A stretch of 64,000 nucleotides of DNA from the human T2T-CHM13v2.0 reference genome, Homo sapiens: the NCBI RefSeq assembly GCF_009914755.1, contig NC_060947.1; one strand, given 5' to 3'. A program made the position numbers and the translations under genes. The notes beneath the pieces are model-generated. The model was given only the letters and a program-made list of their open reading frames with translations, had not been told where the DNA came from and searched no databases. Below, piece after piece: positions 1 through 11,035 of the stretch (its first letter is position 1; each line of letters begins with the position of its first letter).

Positions 1-551
1 GTATGATGAAGTAGAGTGAGAAAATCACGCATCTTGTAAATTCCCATTTTTTAAAAAGTCATAGAAAATAAATGTCTTCTGAGAATGAATTTTTGAAATG
101 GCATTGTTAGACTACTTCTGAAAGTGACACCAGAAGTGACACATTGACATTTGTTCAGTGGACATGGAGCAGAAGACTTAAGGAGGAAGAGAAGGTGGTT
201 CTATGCCAGACTGGTCATATTTAGAAGTCATTTTTATATCATAACCATTGTTTTTTGTGTGCATTTTATTCCTCACTACTGTATATATGATTGACAATGC
301 TAAATACTTTTTTGAATTATCTATTTTTTCTAGATATCCTGAAGTGCCTTATATGTGTTAAAATTAGAGGTAGTAAAATAACATATTTTCCAATTACATT
401 TTTGTTAAAATTTACATGAAATGTTGCTTTGTGGAGGAAATGACCAAACCACTTTTTGAGTAATACATATTAGGTTTGTGCACTAGTTCAGGGGAAGAGG
501 AAGGAGGAGGAAGTGTACAGAGCTTCATGCCAGTGTGCTTACAGTAAGGTA

Positions 552-735
552 AACATGGTAAACCCTGTCTCTACTAAAGATAAAAAAATTAGCCAGGTGT
601 GGTGGTGGGTGCCTGTAATCCCAGTTACTCAGGAGGCTGAGGCAGGAGAATCACTTGAACCTGGGAGGCGGAGGTTGCACTGAACCAAGTTTGCACCACT
701 GAACTCCAGCCTGGGCAACAGAGTGAGACTTGGTC

Positions 736-766
<31 letters not shown>
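552..766 (+). mobile_element. Alu (AluS-like), 5'-truncated, A29 tail, inserted in the retrocopy
   Basis: Starts at AACATGGT..AACCCTGTCTCTACTAAA, continues through the right arm GGAGGCTGAGGCAGGAGAATCACTTGAACC, and ends in poly(A) at 738-766. Confidence 0.95.
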
Positions 767-768
<2 letters not shown>

Positions 769-2420
769 AACCATTGTCCCTATGTCTGTGCGTTTTGTTT
801 TACTTATTTGAGTAAATAGTATATATCAAGAAAAATCAAGTCCCAATTTACAACATTTTGTTTTTCCAGATGTTAAAGAGGTTGCCAGTGTAAGACAAAA
901 GTAGATTAGTAAACTAAAATATTTTGTATATTTTGATTTAAAATTCCTAGGGAAAAAAATGTCTTCTGAAAATTTAAGCACTACTACCCACTGGGTTGAT
1001 GAAAATGGTAGGGTTTATAGGCTAGAATGTTCATATTTGTCAGACTCTTTCAAATTATAACTATTGTTGCATGTGTGCAGCTTATTCAAGAATGTTGGGT
1101 ATATAGTCGACAAGTTAACACCCTACCTGAAACATTTAGTCTGTCTAGATATTTAGAAGTGCCTGACATATATTAAATGTAGAGGTAGTAAAATATCACT
1201 TTGTAAATATATTTTTGTTAGAATTCATAGTAAGTATTGTCTTTTGGAATTGAAATTGTTAAACTGCCTCTGTGAGCAGTATAGTACCATCTATACTTGT
1301 TTAGAACAAACTGCAAAAGGTAACATACAGGCGTGTTCATATTTAGATATTTTCAGACACCATTTTCCAGTATGTTTTGTGCATTTTGTTTTGCTCATGC
1401 TTATAGTATATATAACTGATGAATGAGTCCTAAACTTGCAATATCTAGTCTCTAGATGTTAAGGAGTTTGCCACTGTATGACAAAGGACTTAGTAAAATC
1501 AGCACATTTTGTGCATTTTGTGTTGAAATTCATAGGAGAGCTTGTCCTCCGTAAGTGACTTTTGGATATGAATTTGTTCAACAACCCCTAAGCTTGTACT
1601 TGTCCACTGGAATGAAGACAGAAAGAAGTGAAGAGGGAATGGCTCAAGGCCAAAATGGTCATATTTAGAAGACACCTCAGATTATAACCATTGTTCAATG
1701 CGTGTAGTTTTACAGTGCTGTGTACATAGTGGACAAGTCAATGTGAAATATCTATCCATTTTAGATATTTAGAAGTGCTTGTTGTATTTAAATTAGAAGT
1801 AGTAAGATAACACTTTTTGTAAACAGCTTTTAAAGACTGATGGGAAATATTCTGTTTGAAAGTGGAATTGTTAAACCAACCGTGTGAACAGTGTATATTC
1901 TCTGTACTTGTTCACTGCCTTGAGGGAGGTGGGAGGAAATATATTCGAAAGTGTGTTTTGCTGGAGTGTACTAGAAAATTTAAGTTTATCCATCACCCTG
2001 TATGTTATGTTCATTTCATCTATTTTTGGTATACCATATATATTGTGTATATACTGAACAAATGATTCCTAATTTTATAATATCTACTCTGTAGATATTA
2101 AAGAGGTTGCCAATAAATGAGGAAAGTAGAGTTGGTAAACTAACACATTTTGTACACTTTGCCTTAAAATTCATAGAAAGGCTGTATTCTGAAAAGAAAT
2201 TGTGGAAGTTGAAATGATAACATCAACTCTAAGTGACACAGGTGCCTGTATCCACTGGGTTGGTTGTGAAGAAAAGTTGGAAGAAATTAATGAATCTATA
2301 CTAGAATGTTTCTGTTTAGAAGACACCCGATGTAACCAGTGTTATAAGTGTGTCATTTATTCAAAACCACTCTGTATATAGTGGACAAACTTAAGTCTTT
2401 ATTTGAAACATCTAGTCTTT

Positions 2421-3353
2421 TTTTTTTTAATTTTACTTTACATTCTGGGATATATGTGCAGAACATGCAGGTTTGCTACATAAGTATACATGTGCCATGG
2501 TGGTTTGCTGCACCTATCAACCCATCATCTAGGTTTTAAGCCCTGCATGCATTAGGTATTTGTTCTAAGGCTCTACCTTCCCTTGCCCTCCACTCCCCAA
2601 AAGGCCCCAGCGTGTAATGTTCCCCTCCCTGCGTCCATGTGTTCTCATTATTCAACTCCCACTTATGAGTGAGAATATGTGGTGTCTGGTTTTCTGTTCC
2701 TGTGTTAGTTTGCTGAGAATGATGGCTTCCAGCTTCATCCATGTTCCTGAAAAGGATATGAACTCATTCTTTTTTATGGCTGCATAGTATTCCATATTTG
2801 GGTTGGTCCCAAGTCTTTGCTATTGTAAATAGTGATGTAATAAATGTACATGTGCATGTGTCTTTATAGTAGGATAATTTATAATCCTTTGGGTATATAC
2901 CCAGTAATGGGATTGCTGGGTCAAATGGTATTTCTGGGTTCTAGATCCTTCAGGAATCACACTGTCTTCCACAATGGTTGAACTAATTTACACTCCCACC
3001 AACAGTGTAAAGGCATGCCTATTTCTCCACATCCTCTTCAGCATCTGTTGTTTCCAGACTTTTTAATAATGGCCATTCCAACTCGTGTGAGATGGTATCT
3101 CACTGTGGTTTTGATTTGCATTTCTCTATGACTAATGATGATGAACTTTTTTTCGTATGTTTCTTGGCCACATAAATGTCTTCTTTTGAGAAGTGTCTGT
3201 TCATATCCTTCGCCCACTTTTTAATGTGTTTTTTTTTTCTTGTAAATTTGTTTAAGTTCCTGTAGACTCTGGATATTAGACCTGTGTCCGATGTGTAGAT
3301 TGCAACAATTTTCTCCCATTCTGTAGGTTTTCTGTTCACTCCGATGTTCACTT
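2421..3353 (-). mobile_element. L1PA7/8-like 3' fragment (~930 bp) inserted in the retrocopy
   Basis: Poly(T) followed by the L1 3'UTR (AGGTTTTAAGCCCTGCATGCATTAGG) and ORF2 C-terminus ([25 protein letters not shown]). TSD TAGTCTTT at 2413-2420 and 3354-3361. Confidence 0.93.
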
Positions 3354-5177
3354 TAGTCTTTCTAGATGTTTAGAAGTGCACAAAATATGTTAAGATTAGA
3401 GTCAGTAAAGAACACGTTGTGTAGATATCATTTTGATTCATATGAAATATTGTCTTTTGAAAATTGATGAAACCATTTCTCAGAGCAGTACACATTATTA
3501 TGTTTGTGCTGTTCCTGGGAAGAAGAAGAAAGTGTGAAGAGCTTTATACTAGTGTTTTCATGATGAGGCACAATCGACCATTGTCCCTTATGTCTGCATT
3601 TGTTTTACTGTGCTGTGTGTATAGTATATATAAATAGACAAATGAGTCCTAATTTGCAACATACAAATAATAAAGAGGTTGCTAGTGTATGACAAAAGTA
3701 GAGTAAGTAAATTAATACATCTAGTGCACTTTGTGTTAAAATTTATAGAAAAGACTGTTCTTAAAAGCACTTGCATAAGTGAAATTGTTAAAAATCCCCT
3801 CTAAGCATTACAGATGGTTGTTCCTGTCCATTGGGTAGATAGAGGTGGGAAGGGAAAAGAGTCTAGGCCAGGATGTTCCTATTTAGAAGACATTTTCAAA
3901 TTATAGCCTGTGTTATATATGTGCAACATTTATTCCACTAAATAGTGCTACTCTGTATTTAGTGGAAAACTGAAGTCCTTTTGGAAACATACAGCCTTTC
4001 TAGATATTTAACATAGGTTAAAGTGGAGGGCTAAAATAACACCTTTTATGCATTTTTTAATTTCCTAGGAGTGGTTGCATTTGGAAATGAAATTGTTAAA
4101 TTCGATGCTTTGAAGAGTAAGCTAGCTGTTCATTAGGTAGTGGTGGGTGGAGGGAGGAGGAAGTATGCAAGGAGAAGGATTCTGTGACTGTGAGTTAGAT
4201 TAATTAAAGTGGTTTAACCATTTTTCTATATGTGCATTTTAGTTAATATTGTTGTGTTTTAAAAGATAATTCCCAATGCTCAAAGTATGTTAAAAGTAGA
4301 GGTAGTAAAAAAAAATCCACTTACAAATGTCCTTTTGTTAGTTTTTAGAAAGACCTGTCTTCTGGGAGTAAACTTCGTTAGCCCACCACTTGGAGTTAGA
4401 CATAGTCCTATACTTAGCCACTGGGATGGTGGAACAGGGAGAAGATCAAGGGTGAAGGAAAAGGCTCTTTTGTAGTAACTCTATATCTAAAGATGGTTTT
4501 AGATGATAACCATAGGTCTACATTAGCATTTTTAGCAAAGTTCCTCTGTTTATTGTGGACGAAGTACATTATTGCAACATGTAAGCTTTCTGAAAGTCCT
4601 GTGTGACAATGTATGACAAAAAGTAGAGCTAGTGAATTAGCCAATTTGTAAATAACTTTTTGTTATATTTAATAGAAAATATGCATCTTGGACACAGAAT
4701 TGTTAAATTCCCTCTGAGAAGTGTGTATAAGGATTTGTTTATTAGATTGACAACAAAGGGACAAAAGTAAGTATAAAGGGAAAGAAATATGCAGATGTGT
4801 TCATATTAACATTTTGCTGATATCCATTGATATATGTTAATCTCTTTTGGCTGTACTATAAAAATACATTAAGTAATTCAATGGAAACATATCTTTCTGA
4901 TAATGTTTTAGTGAATTAATTAGCTCTGCTAATGAATTATCTTAGAAACATCATATTTAGTGTATTATGTTGTTTTATGTTTTATCTTAAATTGGGCATT
5001 AAGATAGTGTAGTATTTTAATCAGAACTCTGCCAATGTTTTTATCTAGAGGCATGTTGCCATTTTTGCCTTCTATAAAATTTTTGTTTCAAGAAAAGCAG
5101 GATAACATCTTTTTTCTAACATATTGACTTGGTGTAGTGTATTCTTGGTTATCAAAATTCTCATATAGCTTTGGAAG

Positions 5178-5480
5178 TTTTTTTTTTTTTCAAGACAGGG
5201 TCTCACTCTGTCACTCAGGCTGAAGTGCAGTGATGCAATCTTGGCTCAGTGCAGTGAAACCTCCACCCCCCAGGTTCAAGCAATTCTCCTTCCTCAGCCT
5301 CCTGAGTAGCTGGGATTACAGGCATGCACCACCATGCCCAGCTAATTTTTGTAGTTTTAGTAGAGACGGAATTTCCCCATGCTGACCAGGCTGGTCTCGA
5401 CCTCCTGACCTCAAGTGATCCACCTACCTTGGCCTCCCAAATTGCTGGGATTACAGGCGTGAGCCACTGCACTTGGTCTG
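5178..5480 (-). mobile_element. Full-length Alu (AluS/J-like) in the 3' part of the retrocopy
   Basis: Poly(T) then AGACAGGGTCTCACTCTGTCA...GTGAGCCACTGCACTTGGTC. Flanked by near-identical TGGAAGTTT / TGGAATTTT, a probable TSD. Confidence 0.95.
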
Positions 5481-5689
5481 GAATTTTGAACTGGTAAATA
5501 TTCATGATATGTGAAAAAGCATGGCACACACTATACAACCTCAATCCCATAAAATTGAATGTTTTATCTATATATACACAGGACCTAGAAAGACATGGCA
5601 AACCGTAAACAATTACCAGTTGTGGATAACTTTATTCTTTGCTTCTGGTGTTTTTTAGTTTCTTATAATGCACATATTAACTTTTTAAA

Positions 5690-5722
5690 AATAAAGGCTA
5701 TTTTGAAAATCTGAAAAAAAAA
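5690..5722 (+). terminator. Polyadenylation signal and residual poly(A) tail of the retrocopy
   Basis: AATAAA at 5690-5695, then 18 nt, then A9. Confidence 0.75.
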
Positions 5723-7490
5723 TCAGTACTGTTTAACTGCGCATACTACCTAAAACAGTCTATGGATTCAATGACATCCCCATGAAAATATCAATGACAT
5801 TCTTCACAGAAATAGAGAAAACAATCCCAAAATTTATATGGAATCACAAAATACTCAGAATAACCAAAACTATCCTGGGCAAAAAGACAAAACTGAAAGA
5901 ATCATATTACCTGACTTGAAATTATACTCTAGAGCTACAGTAACTAAACCAGCATGGTACTAGCATAAAAACAGACACGAACTAATGAAACAAAATAGAG
6001 AAACCAGAAATAAATTTATACATCTACAGTGAACTCATTTTCAACAAAGGTGCCAAGAACATATTATACATTGGGAAAAGGCAGTCTCCAATAAATTGTC
6101 CTGGGAAAACTGATATTCATTTGTAGAAGAATGAATCTAAAACCCTATATTTCATCTTTTGCAAAAATCGAATCAAAATTGGTTAAAGACTTAAATCTAA
6201 GACCTCAAAATGTGAAGCTACTAAAAAAAATTGAGGAAACTCTCCAGGTTATTAAACTGGGCAAAGATTTCTTAAGTAATATTCTACAAGCACAAGCAAG
6301 AGAGGAAACAATGAACAAATGGCATCATATCAATTAAAAAGCTTCTGCCCAGAAAAGGAAACAATCAACAAAGTGAGGAGACAACCCCCAGAATGGGAGA
6401 AAATATTTGCGAACTATCCTTCTGACAAGAGACTAATAACTAGAATATATGACATGCTCAAACAACTCTATAGGAGAAAACCTAAACCTAATAATCTGAT
6501 TAAAAAATGGGCAAAAGATTTGGATAGATATTTCTCAGAAAAAGACATACAAATGGCAAACAAATACATGACCAGGTGCTCAACATCATTGATCGTCGGA
6601 GAAATGTAAATAACAGCTACAAAGAGGTATCATCTCACCCCAGTTAAAATGGCTTTTATCCAAAGCACAGGAAATCACTATGAAGAACAGTTTGGAGGTT
6701 CCTCAAAAATACTAAAACTACAGCTACCATGTGATTCAGCAATTCCACTGTTAGGTATATAACAACAACTACAAAAAAGAAATCAGTATAACAAGACAGT
6801 ATCGGCACTCCTATGTTTGTTGCAGCACTGTTCACAATAGCCAAGATTTGGAATCAACCTGTGTTCATCAGCACAGAAACAGATAAAGAAAATATGGTAT
6901 ATATACACAATGGAGAATGGAGTATATATACACAATGGAGTAATATGCAAATGAGATTCTGTCATTTGCAACAACATGGATAGGACTGAAGATCATTATG
7001 TTACGTGAAATAAGGCAGGCACAGAAAGACAAACATTACATGTTCTCACTTATTTGTAGGAGCTAAAAGTTAAAATAATTGAACTAATGGAGATAGAGAG
7101 TGGAAAGATGTTTACCAGAGGCTGGAAAGGGTAGTGAGAGGTTGGGTGTGGTGGCTGGAGTGGGGCTGATTAATGTGCACAGAATTAGTTAGAAAGAATA
7201 AGATCCAGCATTTTATATCACAATAGGGTGACTACAGTCAATAATAACGTACTCATACACTTCAAAATGACTAAAAGTTTATAATTGGATTGTTTTTTAC
7301 ACAAGAATAAATGCTTGAGGTGATGGATACCCCATTTACCTTGATGTGATTATTAAACATTGTATGCCTGTGTCAAAGAATATATATATGTGTGTGTGTG
7401 TGTGTATGCTCCATAAATATATATGTGTGTGTATATATACCCCATATATATATAGCTGCTATGTACCCGCAAAAATTAAAAATTAAAAAA
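5723..7490 (+). mobile_element. L1MA-type LINE-1, ORF2 3' part plus 3'UTR
   Basis: ORF2 remnants ([39 protein letters not shown]), L1MA-like 3'UTR (GCTTGAGGTGATGGATACCCC) and an A-rich end. (TG)n/(TA)n tract at 7380-7455. Confidence 0.88.
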
Positions 7491-8212
7491 ATCTAAAAAC
7501 AGAATTACCATATGATTCAACAATCCCACTGCTAGCTATATACCCAAAAGAAAGGAGATCAGTACATCAAAGAGATATCTACGCTTTCATGTTTCTTACA
7601 GCATTATTCACAATAGCCAAGATTTTGAAGTAACCTAAGTGTCACAAAAAATGAACATATAAAAAAAATGTGGTACATATACACAATGGAGTACTATTTA
7701 GCCACAAAAATAATGCGATTTTGTCATTTGCAACTACATGGAACTGGAGGACATTATATTAAGCGAAATAAGCCAGGCACAGAAAGACAAACTTTGCGTG
7801 TTCTCACTTGGTTGTGGGAGCTAAAACTTGAAACAAATTCATGAAGATAGACAGTAGAAAGATGGTTACCAGAGGCTTTGAAGGGTAGTGAGGGTAGAAA
7901 AGGGAAGAGGGGATGGTTAGTGGGTACAAAAGTATAGTTAGATAGAATGCATACAATCTAGTATTTGATAGCAGAACAGGGTGACTACAGTGAACAACAA
8001 TTTATTGTGCATTAAGAAAATTAAAAGAGTACAATTAGGGTGTGTATAACCCAAAAGAAAGAATAAATGCTCGAGGTGATGGATACCCTATTACTCTGAT
8101 GTGGGTATTGCATATTGTATGCCTGTATCAAAGTAGCTTATGTACCCCATAAATATATACATCTATGATGTAGCCACAAAAATAAAAATAAAAAAATTAT
8201 AATTACAAATTA
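7491..8212 (+). mobile_element. Second L1MA-type 3' end, in tandem with the previous one
   Basis: Restarts at CTAAAAACAGAATTACCATATGATTCAACAATCCCACT, repeats the same 3'UTR landmarks (GAGGTGATGGATACCC) and ends in an A-rich tail. Confidence 0.85.
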
Positions 8213-9176
8213 AAATTTAAATACTCTCATGGACCCAGAGCTTTCTGAAAACTGTACAACATAGTTACTGGTCCTCTTTGCTCTTGGCTGCAAGAGGTTG
8301 AATAAGAAGAAATGATGGCAAGTAATGCCTCTCCCTAGATCTTGGCAGTGAAACCCTATGTACAATTCCACAAGTAATCATGAAGATGATAGGTGACCTT
8401 TCTTAGGAACTTTGAACAACCAAAATTTCACTTGAGTCAAACATTAAAACATAACTCCACACACATCTAGCTCATTTTGTCAATAGACAAAAGTATATTA
8501 CAAAAAAGGAAAAGCTGAGAGTCTTTAAGCCCCATCCACAGACTGTAAAAAGCTGTGATATTAGAGTTTAATTTCAGGGTCTTTTGACTATTCTGGTGAA
8601 AACCAGAGAAAACCTGACATTGAATTAATAGGACAATCAAGAAGAGTCTACAAAGTTTCTAACTTTTTTTTGAGATTTCATAGATAATGCAGAGGCTTCT
8701 CTAATCAAAGCACCTGAAGAAAACCCATCTTAGAATTCTCTCTGATATTTCATGCTAAGGTCAAAAGGTCTTTTAGCCAAGTCCTGATCTGAACTGATTC
8801 TCTGAAGACATGACTATCTCTGGAATCTAATGGGTAAATTTGCAAGAATCATTGAAGAAATGCCAATGAAGGGGATAACTAGGATTCATTTTACCAAAAT
8901 AACTGTGAAATAAATGCTTGTGTTCTCACTTTTAGATTTGACTTCACTCCAGAAAAAAGGCATGTAGTCACTTGCTAGCTTCTATACTTAATAATAATCA
9001 ATAAAAATTATTATCATGCTTTAATTCATATGATATTTCAGAGACTACTGTGTTTTCTAGGAACTAGTAAATTTTGAAATTTTCACAGCATCCATAGTTC
9101 ATGATTATCAATATATAACTAAGTCCACTAAGGAGAAGCAAGATTATTTGATTTTCCCCAGATAGTAATATAGAAA

Positions 9177-9210
9177 TGATGGTGATGATGATGATGATGG
9201 TGGTGGAGGA
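9177..9210. repeat. (GAT/GGT)n microsatellite
   Basis: TGATGGTGATGATGATGATGATGGTGGTGG. Confidence 0.8.
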
Positions 9211-9224
9211 AGAATATAACATTT

Positions 9225-9450
9225 ACTTATTAAAATTTTACCATCTTACCTTGGACCAAGTATATGTATTATTTCATTAAATTCTCACATGTCCCTGTGA
9301 GGTATAGGACCTATTACTGTAACTATCTCATAGATCAAAAAATTGAGGTAAAAAAGAGGTTAAGTAACTTGCCTAAGGTTATATAACTACTATTTTGCTC
9401 ATGCAGAGCTCAGGTTAAGATCCCAGGCAGTCTGACTCCCAAGGTCTGTA
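9225..9450 (-). mobile_element. MIR SINE
   Basis: Core-like TGAGG..AGAGGTTAAGTAACTTGCCTAAGG..CAGGCAGTCTGACTCC. Confidence 0.75.
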
Positions 9451-10594
9451 CAACTCCCTTAGCTACTGCTAATGATTGGCTAAATTAGGACTTGAGAAAA
9501 AATTCTTAACTGTAACACTAATACTCTTTCCATTCTACAATTCAGAAGGCTCCTTGCACCACCAAATAAGTTCGGAGTCAATGCTTAAAAAGGATGATGG
9601 TCAAAGGCATTGTGTCTTTGTGGAGAGAGGTAGGTTTCTGGAGCCTGCAGCCAGTAAAATCTGCTTATAGCCCTGAGCACTCAGAACTAAACTATTCCAC
9701 CAAGGGAAAAGCAGTAACACAGCAGCTAAGTGTGTTTGAAGGAAAATTTGAAGGTGGCCCTCCTAGTCTGTATTGCCACTTGGTAAGCACAAAGTGGAGG
9801 AGGAGGATGGAGTTAGCACATCCCCTTTACAAATTGGTTTCTCTATGTCTCATCTCATAATCTCTTGAACGACTGTTTCCATAGACACCCACACTTCAGT
9901 TTCCCAGCTTAACCACATTTGAACAAGAATGCAGGCTTTGGCTTCAGCAGCTGTGAACTGTTTTACCATGTGTCTAACAGGCATGGCTTATCTACCTTCC
10001 TGTCTGTGTGCAACAGAACAGAGGGGTGGGAGCAGTTCAACCAACAGTAATGCAACAGTAATGCAACATTAGGAGTTTCAAAGCTAAACAAACCCAATTT
10101 GATCCATATGAAACAAGGCAAAAGCAGACAAAAAAGGAGTGACTTTTTTTCATTCTTGGCTTTTGGGAGTGGGAGTGGGGCAATAGTGGCTTGAAGTTGG
10201 CTGTTTCACAAGTGTAAAATGAAAGCACAAGCCTTTTTTTTTTCTTTCTGAAACAGAGCTGTGGGTCCCTGGGGACTCAGAGGGGAAGGCGATAGAGTGT
10301 GGGAGTCTATGTGGGCACTGAAAGAAACCTAGAACATAAGTTAATGAAATTCACAGCCCACAAAGCTGTGCTTTAATTTTGAACTTGAACTAGCAACAGT
10401 TAAATAAAATAATTGAATCAAATTAGGTTTAAAATAACTTGCCTGCTGAGAATATAGGAAACTAACAATGTAGTAGAAGTTTCCATACAAAGGAAAAAGA
10501 AAAATAATAATCTTAAAAATTTACTCTTGTGAAAAAAAAATGCACTTGTCAATTGGCCTAGGAATTTCAGGTAGAGCCATGACAAAAAAGTATG

Positions 10595-10596
<2 letters not shown>

Positions 10597-10626
<30 letters not shown>
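10597..10626. repeat. (CA)15 microsatellite
   Basis: Direct reading of the sequence. Confidence 0.95.
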
Positions 10627-10628
<2 letters not shown>

Positions 10629-10849
10629 AAAACACATATAATCATTTATGAGGGATTTGTGTACATCCACTACACAAACCATGCAAATTTCTACACATCC
10701 CACTTGAACACAGCATGTATACAACTGTTCCTCATATTAGGGATTGTTTTGAAGTTCAATGTAACCAAGCAGACAAATATTCTTGGCCTAGATGAAACCC
10801 AGTCACAAAGAGTACATGATGAGGAATTACATGCCTTAAAATAACAAAC

Positions 10850-11035
10850 ACATATTTCAATTCATGCAATCATCACAACAACCCTATGAGTTAGTTTCTA
10901 TTATTATTACATTTTACAGATAAGGAAACTGAGGCACAGAGGTGTTGAATGACTTCTAAAAGTCACACTGCTAAGAAAGAGAGTCGAGACATATTTTGAC
11001 ATCAGTCTGGTACCAAAGTCTGTGTTCTCAACCAT
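10850..11035 (-). mobile_element. MIR SINE
   Basis: CATTTTACAGATAAGGAAACTGAGGCACAGAG core. Confidence 0.85.

Larger units (their letters stand above)
1..5722 (+). pseudogene. NORAD: Processed pseudogene (retrocopy) of a NORAD/LINC00657-like lncRNA; 5' end outside the window
   Basis: About 11-12 diverged ~300-nt units alternate between two types: A (..TCTAGATATTTAGAAGTGC..AGAGGTAGTAAAATAACAC..) and B (..AGAGGTTGCCAGTGTATGACAAAAGTAGAG..). Multiple TGTANATA motifs are present. AATAAA at 5690-5695 is followed by an A9 tail at 5714-5722. There is no credible ORF. The identity to NORAD comes from recall of its repeat motifs and 3' end and needs BLAST confirmation. Confidence 0.85.

Noticed and set aside
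1244-4644. Short ORFs with similar N-termini (MELKLLN, MKVELLN)
   Set aside because: They are by-products of the nucleotide repeat units, start at non-ATG codons and have no conserved frame.
1-4700. Possible CRISPR-like or satellite array
   Set aside because: The DNA is eukaryotic, units are ~300 nt and diverged throughout, and the array ends in a polyA signal and tail, so a lncRNA retrocopy explains it.
6897-6940. 19-bp direct repeat GTATATATACACAATGGAG
   Set aside because: A local duplication inside a dead L1.
10042-10068. 11-bp tandem duplication CAACAGTAATG
   Set aside because: An ordinary slippage duplication with no other support.
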